A DNA stretch of 64,000 nucleotides from a virus: the IMG/VR virus record IMGVR_UViG_3300048606_000054; one strand, 5' to 3'. Made by a program: the position numbers and the translations under genes. Each line of letters begins with the position of its first letter. Position 1 is the first letter of the stretch. The notes beneath the pieces were generated by a model. The model was not told where the DNA came from. It worked only from the letters and a program-made list of their open reading frames with translations, and did no database searches. Below, piece by piece: positions 8,901 through 17,399 of this stretch.

Positions 8901-9437
8901 TTAAGGTTGCTCAATCGGTTCGCCGAAATCTACACCTCCAGCAACTGCATCTCCGCTTAACACTTCAATAGCAATGTCCTCAAACGGAATATCCTGTCCC
9001 GCTTTATTGGTTGCCTTGATTGTAAGAGCGGTAACGCCAGGTTGACCAGCGACAACCGTTACAGTGTTTGTTGAATCTTCATAAGTTGCGGTAGCTATGC
9101 TGGTATCAGCTACAGTAAGTGTAACTGCGCCGTCCGGCACATCCGTAACTGCCAGTTTTTTGTCTTTGAAAGTAAGTACGCCAGAGGCTTGCTGAGTGTC
9201 GGTTAATGAAAGTGCCATAATGTTAAGTTTACCTTTTATTGAATTGATTAATGAATTGCCTTCGTAAATAGACAAGGATGAAAAAAATCCTTCCACCTTG
9301 TTATCTTCTTGGGAGTGATCGCATTCCTTGCAACACGATTTCTCATAAATATTTACAACTACCATAATAAGTATGATTAATAAGATGATGATGATACCAA
9401 ATAGGATATTCTGAAGCGCCATGACCGAAAGATACAA
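8901..9437 (-). CDS. Membrane-anchored Ig-like domain protein (likely start 9422; possible internal start 9218)
   Basis: N-terminal hydrophobic helix; C-terminal beta-rich Big_2-like segment (VADTSIATAT...VTVVAGQPGVTALTI). Confidence 0.6.
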   Translation of the reverse strand: MYLSVMALQNILFGIIIILLIILIMVVVNIYEKSCCKECDHSQEDNKVEGFFSSLSIYEGNSLINSIKGKLNIMALSLTDTQQASGVLTFKDKKLAVTDVPDGAVTLTVADTSIATATYEDSTNTVTVVAGQPGVTALTIKATNKAGQDIPFEDIAIEVLSGDAVAGGVDFGEPIEQP

Positions 9438-9467
9438 AAACCCCGTTAAATACCAATATGGGCATAA

Positions 9468-9632
9468 TTACCTCACTACTATATGGTTGCCAAGACCCGC
9501 TCCATTAAGAATGAGCAATATTAGAAGAACCAGGAAGAAAATGTTGATAGCCTTCTGTGGAACCTTATCCGTTAAAACAAGGATCAGGAAAACAACGGCT
9601 ATGACAAGTAGAATAATGGAGATGATGCTCAT
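9468..9632 (-). CDS. 54-aa two-TM membrane protein (not in ORF track)
   Basis: MSIISIILLVIAVVFLILVLTDKVPQKAINIFFLVLLILLILNGAGLGNHIVVR; A-rich upstream region. Confidence 0.6.
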   Translation of the reverse strand: MSIISIILLVIAVVFLILVLTDKVPQKAINIFFLVLLILLILNGAGLGNHIVVR

Positions 9633-9675
9633 AATTGTTGGTTTTTTAATATATGCATCAAAAGGAGGGCCAAAG

Positions 9676-9701
9676 AAAAGGGCGGAGTAGAAACCCCACC
9701 C
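9676..9701 (-). terminator. Intrinsic terminator
   Basis: GGGTGGGGT-TTCT-ACTCCGCCC-TTTT, 9-bp stem with GU pairs. Confidence 0.6.
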
Positions 9702-9788
9702 CGTTTTTAAAATCCAATATCCAATGAAAAACTAGAATGCAAGGTATATTAAAATGAAAAGTCGGTTGATGTCTAATGAGACAACTTA

Positions 9789-10061
9789 TCAATTATGTAA
9801 CTTTTGCTGAGGCATCGGTATACATTGACCACAATGCTTACACTGAAGCCAATGGGAAGATTCGTTTACTGGATTGATAGGGGCATTATTTGTCGTGGTC
9901 TGAGTTACCATTACATACTCATGCTTATCGCAATGACTTTGAACAAGTAAAGAGTTTTGCTGATTTACTTTCTTTCCCAATTCAAAATTTCCCATAAAAA
10001 TAATTTTAAAAATAAAAAAGACCCTTGCGCTGTTCTCCTGTTTCCAGTTGACAATCAACAA
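9789..10061 (-). CDS. Hypothetical protein with Cys/His motif (true start probably internal MGNFELG)
   Basis: HCDKHEY...CKHCG. Confidence 0.45.
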   Translation of the reverse strand: MLIVNWKQENSARVFFIFKIIFMGNFELGKKVNQQNSLLVQSHCDKHEYVMVTQTTTNNAPINPVNESSHWLQCKHCGQCIPMPQQKLHN

Positions 10062-10081
10062 GGGCTATGACTGGGTCATCA

Positions 10082-10351
10082 TTATTTTGATTGAGCCAAT
10101 GGGAGAGTGGCAAAGTATTCATCCAATATACCCCACGCGCTATCCCTGTTTGGGTGCTTGGTTTTGGATGGATCAATAACCCTTGAATATAGAGCGCCAG
10201 TGTGTTGGTCTCCTTCAAATACGGCCCACGTAGCGATAGCGTAAAAATATTCTACCGTCATGTTTTTATTACCATTGAAGAAAGTAAACCTGACCTTTGT
10301 GCATACGTAATCCATAATTGAAAAATTTAGCGAATACAAACATACTTCCAT
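10082..10351 (-). CDS. Hypothetical protein
   Basis: Operon position; probable start at MDYVCTKV. Confidence 0.5.
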   Translation of the reverse strand: MEVCLYSLNFSIMDYVCTKVRFTFFNGNKNMTVEYFYAIATWAVFEGDQHTGALYSRVIDPSKTKHPNRDSAWGILDEYFATLPLAQSK

Positions 10352-10662
10352 AAACTTTCAGATACAATAGTGGAAGTACTCGATTTTATACTATAAGCCT
10401 TAACTGGTGCGGGAGTTGGCAGCGGCTCTGGTGGTGGTAAGGTTACAACATAAAAAGAATAACACCAGCTACCATTGGCATTCTGATAAACCTGGGGGTT
10501 GATAGCCATAACAGCCCCCTCATGTGTGGCTATATACGATTGCGCCTTTGCAACACCCGCCGTAATCGCAAAGGTTTGAAACGCGTACCCACATCCACTA
10601 ACCTTCTGTGAAAATGAACATACCGAAGCGCATAATAGCGCGATAACAAAAAACAATTTCAT
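10327..10662 (-). CDS. Small secreted protein with signal peptide and Pro-rich linker
   Basis: MKLFFVIALLCASVCSFS|Q signal peptide followed by Gln; PPPEPLPTPAP. Confidence 0.65.
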   Translation of the reverse strand: MKLFFVIALLCASVCSFSQKVSGCGYAFQTFAITAGVAKAQSYIATHEGAVMAINPQVYQNANGSWCYSFYVVTLPPPEPLPTPAPVKAYSIKSSTSTIVSESLWKYVCIR

Positions 10663-10734
10663 AAATTAAAATTTTGGTGAAGGGACAAGATAGAAGGAAA
10701 TAACTATTCAAAAAATACGGTTTCCCGTAATCGG

Positions 10735-11151
10735 TCAAACCGACACAATGACCTCTCTTAAATTAAGGTGATACTTTTTTGCTTTCTTAACCATATCTCC
10801 TGAACCTGTAGAATGTCTGTTCCAAAAAACAACGGCCCCATCTTCATGCGGAGTGCAATATTGGGCCATCTCTATATTTCGAATTGGCCCGGCAGATCGT
10901 CCATACTTCTCCCAATCGGCTAAAAATAACTTTACGGGGATTCCACATTCTGCCGCCCATCTTTCTCCCAATCCATCGGCTCCATAAACCTCTGTTCCAT
11001 CTTCCCTGGTAAATGTGAGCTTGCCTTTTTTATCACTGCATCCACCCGAAATTATTTCCGTAGGCTTTTTATTGGAAAAGAAAAAATCCAATCGCTCTTT
11101 AGCTAATTCGTAATCATCAAAACTTCGGCTGCCTGCAATGATAACTTTCAT
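10735..11151 (-). CDS. SLOG/YspA (DUF2493-like) family protein
   Basis: MKVIIAGSRSF...IISGG...GADGLGE...ADWEKYGRSAGPIRN. Confidence 0.85.
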   Translation of the reverse strand: MKVIIAGSRSFDDYELAKERLDFFFSNKKPTEIISGGCSDKKGKLTFTREDGTEVYGADGLGERWAAECGIPVKLFLADWEKYGRSAGPIRNIEMAQYCTPHEDGAVVFWNRHSTGSGDMVKKAKKYHLNLREVIVSV

Positions 11152-11157
11152 AAAAAA

Positions 11158-11763
11158 TCATTCATTTGCATACTTAAAAATAAATCCATTGTGACTACGC
11201 TTCACTCCGTTTGCAACCTTGGCGACCGCAATGCGAGAACAATTAGAGTTTTCTGCCGCTTTTTCATAAGATGAATATTCACCCAATAAATTGCCATTTA
11301 AATCAAACTTTTGCAAAAGCTGCCCTCTCCTAGATTTTGTTAACTCGCTCCTCTTAATACCTAGCATTTTTTTGGATATGGCCTCCTTTTCAAAATCATG
11401 CCATATAATTCCTTTATTGCCAAAGGCTGTTTTTGATCTATTTATCAAGAGAGGATTATTTTTATTTTCGGCGAGAAATCTGTCTTCAGCTTTCCGGGCC
11501 AGTTTAGTGGACTTACATTTGGCCAGTATGGTTAAGGATACAGAGACCTCCGTTTCTATATAGCGGAGAAAATATTTTGATTGCTTTGAAACTTTAACTC
11601 CTTTAAAAAAACTATTCCACACAAATATTCTTTGTTGCAGATTCTTAGTGCTGCCGATATAGAAAAACCCGCTGCCAAATTCAATCTTATAAACGCAAAT
11701 CACTTTCTTATACGTGCTGCTGTTCTCAATAACCAACGTTCCCATTAAAATCAAATGGGTCAC
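11158..11763 (-). CDS. GIY-YIG homing endonuclease with NUMOD1-like C-terminal domain
   Basis: VYKI...YIGST..L..R; C-term QKFDLNGNLLGEYSS..AA...I.KVANG. Confidence 0.8.
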   Translation of the reverse strand: MTHLILMGTLVIENSSTYKKVICVYKIEFGSGFFYIGSTKNLQQRIFVWNSFFKGVKVSKQSKYFLRYIETEVSVSLTILAKCKSTKLARKAEDRFLAENKNNPLLINRSKTAFGNKGIIWHDFEKEAISKKMLGIKRSELTKSRRGQLLQKFDLNGNLLGEYSSYEKAAENSNCSRIAVAKVANGVKRSHNGFIFKYANE

Positions 11764-11850
11764 AACAAAATTCGCCTTTGCTGCAACCCATTGAGGTTAA
11801 AGTTAACCAGCAAAATCGGCGAATGATCATACTGGTTATTCCTACTCAAC

Positions 11851-11858
11851 CAAAGATA
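11851..11858 (-). promoter_or_regulatory. Bacteroidota -7 promoter element for the leftward block
   Basis: TATCTTTG on minus strand, with AT-rich upstream sequence. Confidence 0.45.
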
Positions 11859-12343
11859 TTTTCATTTTTTTTATTTTCTGATTTTTTTGAAGACCAATTC
11901 TTGCGTTTACCCGGACGTGCTGATCTAGGGGGTGGCCCTATAAAACGAAAATAGATCGTTTTGACTGCCGGTTTTTGTAGTACGATTAACAATCCTTTTT
12001 GTTTGTTTTCTACCTCTGCCCTTGTTTTCAGGCTGCTGGCTGCGTTCGTTGCCCTTGACCTTGCTTTCCTTGTGTTTGGGCGTTGGCTGGCTGTATTGGG
12101 CTGTAATGGCTTCTCATAGGGGGAAATTGGGGTTTTGGGCCTTGGTTGGATGGGTGTGGGGGAATTGCCAGGGGCGTGTTGGCTGGAAGGGCATGGGAAT
12201 GCATTAGGGGTTATTGGCTGGCAGATCGGGTAAGCAGGTGAGGGGTTGGGGGCTATTGGGCAGGGGTAGGGCTATTGGGGAAGGGAAGGAGGATTGCGGA
12301 AAGTACTCGATTTGGTAGTGAGAAAAAAATAACGGTCAGAATA

Positions 12344-12375
12344 TTTGGATTGTATGTTTTGGGGTTGTATGTTTG
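12344..12375 (+). promoter_or_regulatory. Consensus Bacteroidota housekeeping-sigma promoter driving the rightward small-gene block
   Basis: TTTG(12344-47)-N20-TATGTTTG(12368-75). Confidence 0.7.
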
Positions 12376-12402
12376 TGGTGTTGATGGGGAATAAACTTTA
12401 AA

Positions 12403-12606
12403 ATGAATCTATCTTATTCAACCTCTGCCGTTTCGGGTTCATTGCGAACTGTTCATACTATTGTTATTGGGGATGAACAGCTTGTAACAACTAGAGCCAA
12501 AGAGGTATTGGTATTCGCTAAACCTCGTATTGCTTCTAAATATGAGTGGAAGTTATTAAAGGAGGCTGTGAGACTTGGTAAACCATTGGAATTAACAACT
12601 AATTAA
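12403..12606 (+). CDS. Hypothetical early protein
   Basis: First ORF after consensus promoter; A-rich initiation region. Confidence 0.55.
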   Translation: MNLSYSTSAVSGSLRTVHTIVIGDEQLVTTRAKEVLVFAKPRIASKYEWKLLKEAVRLGKPLELTTN

Positions 12607-12632
12607 TCACTTTCTTTTAAATATACACTATA

Positions 12633-13289
12633 ATGGAAACAACAACACAAAACACTTACTACAAATTTGCTCCAAATGTATTCTTAGCTAAATGCAGCCA
12701 GAAACATAAAAAAGGCGACACAATCCTACTGACTACTAAATACGGGAAAGAAAATGAAAGTATTGTCTTCAATCTAATCGCCGAAAAGGACGGATTTTAT
12801 TACTACTCTATTATCCGGGCTGATGGGTTTAACGCTCAGGAAAGGGCTAGGAATAAGGCAGAACGATATAATAATTGGGCCACCAGCGCAGAAAGGAAAT
12901 CTACTGAGTATTACGACAAATCAAATAAGGATAGGGATTTTTTAAGTCTTGGAGAGCCTATAAAGATTGGGCATCATAGCGAGGGAAGGCATCGTAAAAT
13001 AATACAGCAGTCTTGGGATAATATGGGCAAGAGTGTTGAGTTTAGCAAAAAGGCAGATGACCACGAAAGTAAAGCTGAATATTGGGAAAGCAGAACAAAT
13101 GATATTAATTTATCCATGCCCGAAAGCATAGATTTTTATGAGCATAAACTTGAGAAAGCAAAAGAGTACCACGAAGGGGTAAAATCTGGCAAATACCCCC
13201 GCAATCATTCCTTTACTCTCACCTATGCTAAAAAGGCTGTAAACGAAGCAGAAAAGAACCTGAGTTTAGCCAAAAGACTATGGGCATAA
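12633..13289 (+). CDS. DUF3560-like protein
   Basis: GEPIKIGHHSEGRHRK...WDNMGKSVE...KAEYW motif. Confidence 0.8.
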   Translation: METTTQNTYYKFAPNVFLAKCSQKHKKGDTILLTTKYGKENESIVFNLIAEKDGFYYYSIIRADGFNAQERARNKAERYNNWATSAERKSTEYYDKSNKDRDFLSLGEPIKIGHHSEGRHRKIIQQSWDNMGKSVEFSKKADDHESKAEYWESRTNDINLSMPESIDFYEHKLEKAKEYHEGVKSGKYPRNHSFTLTYAKKAVNEAEKNLSLAKRLWA

Positions 13290-13319
13290 CCATTAATTCA
13301 CCTTTAAATACTAAACTAT

Positions 13320-13721
13320 ATGAAATCTAAATTACCTCCTACTCTCCTAGAAATAGGATTAGAGGAAAAAAGAAAGGAAATACAAAATTCATTCCTTTTG
13401 GAATGGAGCCGGGAACAATTTACAATTGTTCAAACAGCTATCAGTAAGCATTTTTTAGGCGACGGAATTATCACAGAAACAACACGGCATTTAATACCAA
13501 AATTACGTAGCTACAATTCAATATTTGACTGTATTGATAGGGTTTTGGGCCTAGCTTATACCTCCTCCTCTTCATATGCCGGGTATTGGGTCTGTAATGT
13601 AACAGCTATCAATCCTAAATACCTTGGCTATCATTACACAGGTTTTGCCCTTAGTTCAGATAACAAGGCTTACGCTATCCTATGGGATAAGGAAGAAAAC
13701 GAAATAATTATACCTCTTTAA
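13320..13721 (+). CDS. Hypothetical protein
   Basis: 133-aa ORF, AAACTAT-ATG start context. Confidence 0.6.
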   Translation: MKSKLPPTLLEIGLEEKRKEIQNSFLLEWSREQFTIVQTAISKHFLGDGIITETTRHLIPKLRSYNSIFDCIDRVLGLAYTSSSSYAGYWVCNVTAINPKYLGYHYTGFALSSDNKAYAILWDKEENEIIIPL

Positions 13722-13726
13722 CCAGA

Positions 13727-13957
13727 TTGAACCAATTATTTATGAACCGTAAACAATATAAATTCTTCCATAAACCTAGAACTATGGAAGAAATTTCAAA
13801 AGACCTCTTTGGGGATCATTGTGAAGCAAACAGTTTTCAAAACAAGGAAATAAACGCGGGTAATCTTGAAGCTTTCCTAATGGATCATCCCCTAGGAAAG
13901 GAATACGCCAAACAAATAGTTATCCAGAAAACTAAAAAATGCAAGATTACGGCTTAA
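13727..13957 (+). CDS. Hypothetical protein
   Basis: Operon packing. Confidence 0.5.
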   Translation: MNQLFMNRKQYKFFHKPRTMEEISKDLFGDHCEANSFQNKEINAGNLEAFLMDHPLGKEYAKQIVIQKTKKCKITA

Positions 13958-13993
13958 TCCCTCTTTAATTAACACACAGTAAACCTACTTTAT

Positions 13994-14185
13994 ATGGAAA
14001 AGATTGCAACAGGCAGCGGTTATGATTATTACATTGGATGGGATGAAAACAAAAAACCATTTTATAATATTGTCCCGGAAGGTTCTCAGCCTCCTAATGG
14101 AGGATATGGAAAGGAATGGATATTAGGAATAAAGAAAGTTCCAGACCTCTTTGGCCAAATTGAACCCCTCAAAATAACCTCTTGA
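13994..14185 (+). CDS. Hypothetical protein
   Basis: Preceded by AAACCTAC motif. Confidence 0.55.
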   Translation: MEKIATGSGYDYYIGWDENKKPFYNIVPEGSQPPNGGYGKEWILGIKKVPDLFGQIEPLKITS

Positions 14186-14208
14186 TTAACTTAAACCTAC
14201 TTTATTGT

Positions 14209-14397
14209 ATGAACACATACACTATAAAATATCAGGCTGCAACCTATTCAGGAACTAGAACTGTAAAGGCTGAAGATGGAGAGGAAGCAATTAACAAGGT
14301 TAAAGCATGGGTTAGGCGCGAAATGACCCTTCCAATGTATACGGACAGCTACAAAATAATAAGCAGCCATGAATGTGATTGCGAAGACGACGATTAA
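14209..14397 (+). CDS. Hypothetical protein (start revised to MNTYTIKY)
   Basis: AACTTAAACCTAC motif 8 nt upstream of ATG 14209. Confidence 0.55.
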   Translation: MNTYTIKYQAATYSGTRTVKAEDGEEAINKVKAWVRREMTLPMYTDSYKIISSHECDCEDDD

Positions 14398-14750
14398 TTT
14401 TAAAATCTTTTAATAACTACTATATGGATAATAAACTATTATGTACTGAAGGAAAAGCCACAATTGAAAATGGCTACCGAACATGCCCAATTCTTGGTAA
14501 ATATCTCAGCGAATATGTAATAAAATTTGATCAATTACATAGTGCGACTGTAGATGCTAATGACGCAACAGATAAACGCAATGCAGAAAGAATAGTAACA
14601 GCCTGGAATAGCCACGATGATTTGGTAAAAGCCCTTACTGAGGTTTTAGGATGGGGGAAAACAAAGGATGGAAAATTCACCTTTACCACCAGTTCGCAGC
14701 AAGCCGAAGAATTTAAAGAAATTCTACAAAAAGCTAAAATTAAACCATAA
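14379..14750 (+). CDS. Hypothetical protein (true start probably MDNKLLCT)
   Basis: NAERIVTAWNSHDDLVKAL is a recurrent phage small-protein pattern. Confidence 0.55.
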   Translation: MRRRRLILKSFNNYYMDNKLLCTEGKATIENGYRTCPILGKYLSEYVIKFDQLHSATVDANDATDKRNAERIVTAWNSHDDLVKALTEVLGWGKTKDGKFTFTTSSQQAEEFKEILQKAKIKP

Positions 14751-14755
14751 ACAAA

Positions 14756-15313
14756 ATGAAATATCTAGCTATTACAATTTATATAATGATTACATCCTTT
14801 ATTGGAATATTAGGCTATGTAATCGGATTAGGTGAGCGAACTGAGTGGAATATTACTACCGCAATGAATAACCGATGGCCAGATATAGATGCGGCAGCCA
14901 ATTTTAAAAATGAGCAGGTACTATACCCTGACGGAATCCATAAGGACACATTGATAGTATATGACGCGGAATACATTAATAAATGCCTATCTGACGGAAG
15001 ATTGAAAACAGACGGGGATATAATGGAAATACTTAACGAAACAACTGTAAAATACACATCCAATAAATACCTTTCCAAAAATGTAGAAATAGGAAATGGG
15101 GTGCCCGTCTTGCCTATGCCTGGCCAAAACTATCCAATGGCCCCGCCAGAGCCTGCTATAGTTATAGTCGGACTCATTACCAAACAGGAAACAGACGAAA
15201 GAGGATTAACCAGTGTGCAATACGTAAAAGACGGCCAGGAATGGGGCTTGGACTACCTGACAAAAAGCGAATACGATTCAGCGTTTTCTAATTACAAAAA
15301 TTATAAACCTTAA
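14756..15313 (+). CDS. N-terminally anchored membrane protein
   Basis: MKYLAITIYIMITSFIGILGYVIGLG hydrophobic helix. Confidence 0.55.
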   Translation: MKYLAITIYIMITSFIGILGYVIGLGERTEWNITTAMNNRWPDIDAAANFKNEQVLYPDGIHKDTLIVYDAEYINKCLSDGRLKTDGDIMEILNETTVKYTSNKYLSKNVEIGNGVPVLPMPGQNYPMAPPEPAIVIVGLITKQETDERGLTSVQYVKDGQEWGLDYLTKSEYDSAFSNYKNYKP

Positions 15314-15317
15314 CGAA

Positions 15318-15557
15318 ATGGCCTGCACCAAAAAACAGAATACCGGCAGTTGCTCCCACTATCAATGCCCATTTAAAGACCAAACCGAACATGGCTATGA
15401 GTGTGTAGATATATACACCGAGTATGTCAATAAGTGGCTAATTGGATTTTGTGAATGTGGTGAGGGGTGTATTAGCGATTGCTCTTATTCCTGGAAAAAT
15501 GGAGATAATAGCCTTAAAGAGCAAGCCGCCAAACAATTTGTTAACAGTTCTATTTAA
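15318..15557 (+). CDS. Cys-rich small protein
   Basis: CSHYQCP...CECGEGCISDC. Confidence 0.5.
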   Translation: MACTKKQNTGSCSHYQCPFKDQTEHGYECVDIYTEYVNKWLIGFCECGEGCISDCSYSWKNGDNSLKEQAAKQFVNSSI

Positions 15558-15568
15558 TATAAAATGTC

Positions 15569-15823
15569 ATGACAAGAACCATGTATATGCAAAGCCTCAT
15601 GAATGCTACTTATCCCGGAATAGCAATAGAGGCCATAAAAGGAGGCTTTGATGAGGCATGGGAGAGGCTGATTGCTGAAAAGCTATTGAAAGATTATAAC
15701 GCTGGCAATTCTGAAGCTGAATGTATTATTGAATCGGTGGGAGGTCTTTCCATGCAAAAGAGAATGCAGGCAGCAAAAAACATTACATCATCTAAAATAG
15801 TTAGTCATGATCCTGCTAGATAA
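15569..15823 (+). CDS. Hypothetical protein
   Basis: Operon packing. Confidence 0.45.
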   Translation: MTRTMYMQSLMNATYPGIAIEAIKGGFDEAWERLIAEKLLKDYNAGNSEAECIIESVGGLSMQKRMQAAKNITSSKIVSHDPAR

Positions 15824-16028
15824 CATAAACCTAGAAAAATCTTTCTCAAAATTAAAGCAATCATTAATTGAATCCGAAAATCTATTAAACGATGGGAAGT
15901 ATTACCATTACATGAATGCTTATTTAAATCTTAAGGTGGCAGTAAATAAACACCTTTATGATTATGCCGACATTACTCTAGGCTCAAAACCTAGCGATCC
16001 TAACGACCTCTCGCACGTTAATATTTAA
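15807..16028 (+). CDS. Hypothetical protein
   Basis: Operon packing; ends before terminator. Confidence 0.45.
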   Translation: MILLDNINLEKSFSKLKQSLIESENLLNDGKYYHYMNAYLNLKVAVNKHLYDYADITLGSKPSDPNDLSHVNI

Positions 16029-16054
16029 CTTAATAAAGTTTTCATATAGTAATT

Positions 16055-16091
16055 CCCCGGATTGGTTTTTACCAGGGAACCGGGCTTTTTT
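16055..16091 (+). terminator. Intrinsic terminator
   Basis: CCCGG..TGGT-TTTT-ACCA..CCGGG-C-TTTTTT. Confidence 0.55.
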
Positions 16092-16163
16092 AAACATTAC
16101 CCACATTGGGCAGTAAATCGTATTGCATAAGAAATAATATATAATCAATTTTAAAAATTAAAC

Positions 16164-16715
16164 ATGAAAAAAATCACTTTTTTGTTTCTATTACTGAGTG
16201 TAACTGTGGGCTGTTTTGCTCACATAATTACACCAACTTGCGCTACAAATGGAAGATTTAAGTTTCAGGGATCGCTATTCCCTACAAATGGAAATGTGCG
16301 CGTAACTGTGGTAAATTCTCAAGATCAGCCGGTAGGCATTTTTGACACTGTGTTCGCCTCTAAAGCTACATTTACATTCTCTATTCCAAAGCCAGCAAAC
16401 ATTAACTATCGCATAAGGGTACGTAGTCAAAACAGTAGTGGCAATATCATTACCTGGGAGGGATTCAGCCAAACTACTTCAGCGGTATGCAGCACATTAC
16501 CACTTAAATTCGGCTCATTCAAAGTTGAGGATTTGGGCGATAAAGTGGTAAAGGTTTCATGCACTACTTATGACGAAACGGATATGGACAGGATCAACAT
16601 AACAATGAGCCGGGAAGGACTTGAATTTAAAATCGTGCTGGTTCTCATGCCGAGAAATGTTAATACCGAATACACGTACACTGGAATTATTGACCTTAAA
16701 AACCAACTTAAATGA
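16164..16715 (+). CDS. Secreted protein with host T9SS-cargo-like beta-sandwich module
   Basis: MKKITFLFLLLSVTVGCFA signal peptide; TLPLKFGSF...VKVSCTTYDE...ITMSREGLEF resembles the LPVxLxxF-initiated domain of Bacteroidota T9SS cargo. Confidence 0.6.
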   Translation: MKKITFLFLLLSVTVGCFAHIITPTCATNGRFKFQGSLFPTNGNVRVTVVNSQDQPVGIFDTVFASKATFTFSIPKPANINYRIRVRSQNSSGNIITWEGFSQTTSAVCSTLPLKFGSFKVEDLGDKVVKVSCTTYDETDMDRINITMSREGLEFKIVLVLMPRNVNTEYTYTGIIDLKNQLK

Positions 16716-16876
16716 AAAAACTTATAATCCTGGCCATTGTAGCCTGCGCTTTCATTGGCTGTTCAAAAGAGGCCACTATTCAGCAAAAGCCTACTGAGAC
16801 TTATTTATTCAGGGCCGAAGCCGTAAGCATTGGCGGCACTATTAAATACTCAAGCATTGTATCTGTAACCTTATAG
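16712..16876 (+). CDS. 54-aa lipoprotein (not in ORF track)
   Basis: MKKLIILAIVACAFIG|CSKEATIQQKPTETYLFRAEAVSIGGTIKYSSIVSVTL; lipobox; ATGA overlap. Confidence 0.7.
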   Translation: MKKLIILAIVACAFIGCSKEATIQQKPTETYLFRAEAVSIGGTIKYSSIVSVTL

Positions 16877-16897
16877 TAAACTTAAACCTACAAAATC

Positions 16898-17380
16898 ATG
16901 AAAAAAATGACATTTCTGGCGATTCTTATCGCCGCGTTAACGACCACCCGCGCTCAAGTTTCACTCTCTCTGCCTTTTGGTATAAGCACCCTAAAGGCTC
17001 CTACGGTTGGCTTAAACTTGCAAGCCAGAGTCCGAGGGGTAATCCTTGCCGCTGGCTTTGACAATCAAATAAGCCGAGATATTATGAAAGGGAATTTATT
17101 ATGGACAAGGGTAGGAGCCGCGTTTAACCTGTCAGACCTCAACGCCCTGGAAATATCCGCTGGAGCGGCCCAACACAGGCGTAGCAGTGATATTAAGAGC
17201 CTGAATGAGGGGTTAGCCCTTGTAAACGTGCAATATGTACACCAGATGGCATCAAGGCCAGAAGCGGCCTTATTTGCTTCTATAACAGCAACTCAAAAGT
17301 TTGCTATTTTTGCTGGCGGATTAAGGTTTATATTCGGCAAGAATGGAGGGAATGGCTGTCCATCCAAACGGATAAGATAG
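16898..17380 (+). CDS. Putative small outer-membrane beta-barrel protein
   Basis: Signal peptide ...TTTRA|Q; about 8 amphipathic strands ending FAGGLRFIF. Confidence 0.6.
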   Translation: MKKMTFLAILIAALTTTRAQVSLSLPFGISTLKAPTVGLNLQARVRGVILAAGFDNQISRDIMKGNLLWTRVGAAFNLSDLNALEISAGAAQHRRSSDIKSLNEGLALVNVQYVHQMASRPEAALFASITATQKFAIFAGGLRFIFGKNGGNGCPSKRIR

Positions 17381-17399
17381 TAAACTTAAACCTACGCTT

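Larger units (their letters stand above)
11764..12402. other. Non-coding strand-switch region with extreme G/T skew (candidate terminus/pac site or origin)
   Basis: Divergent gene blocks on each side; hairpins at 11770-11823 and 11922-11957; G-tract-rich 12080-12290. Confidence 0.55.

Noticed and set aside
9421-9690. Plus-strand ORF 9421..9690
   Set aside because: Antisense to a well-formed 54-aa membrane gene in the minus-strand unit
12022-12210. ORFs in the G-rich region (track ORF 12022..12207 +, and a 58-aa Pro/Gln-rich minus-strand frame)
   Set aside because: Composition-driven low-complexity translations with no Bacteroidota-type initiation context; better explained as non-coding
12437-12454. 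GTTC-N5-GAAC-T-GTTC as a second operator for the LexA-like protein
   Set aside because: Spacing differs from the 8725 palindrome and it lies inside a coding region; likely chance
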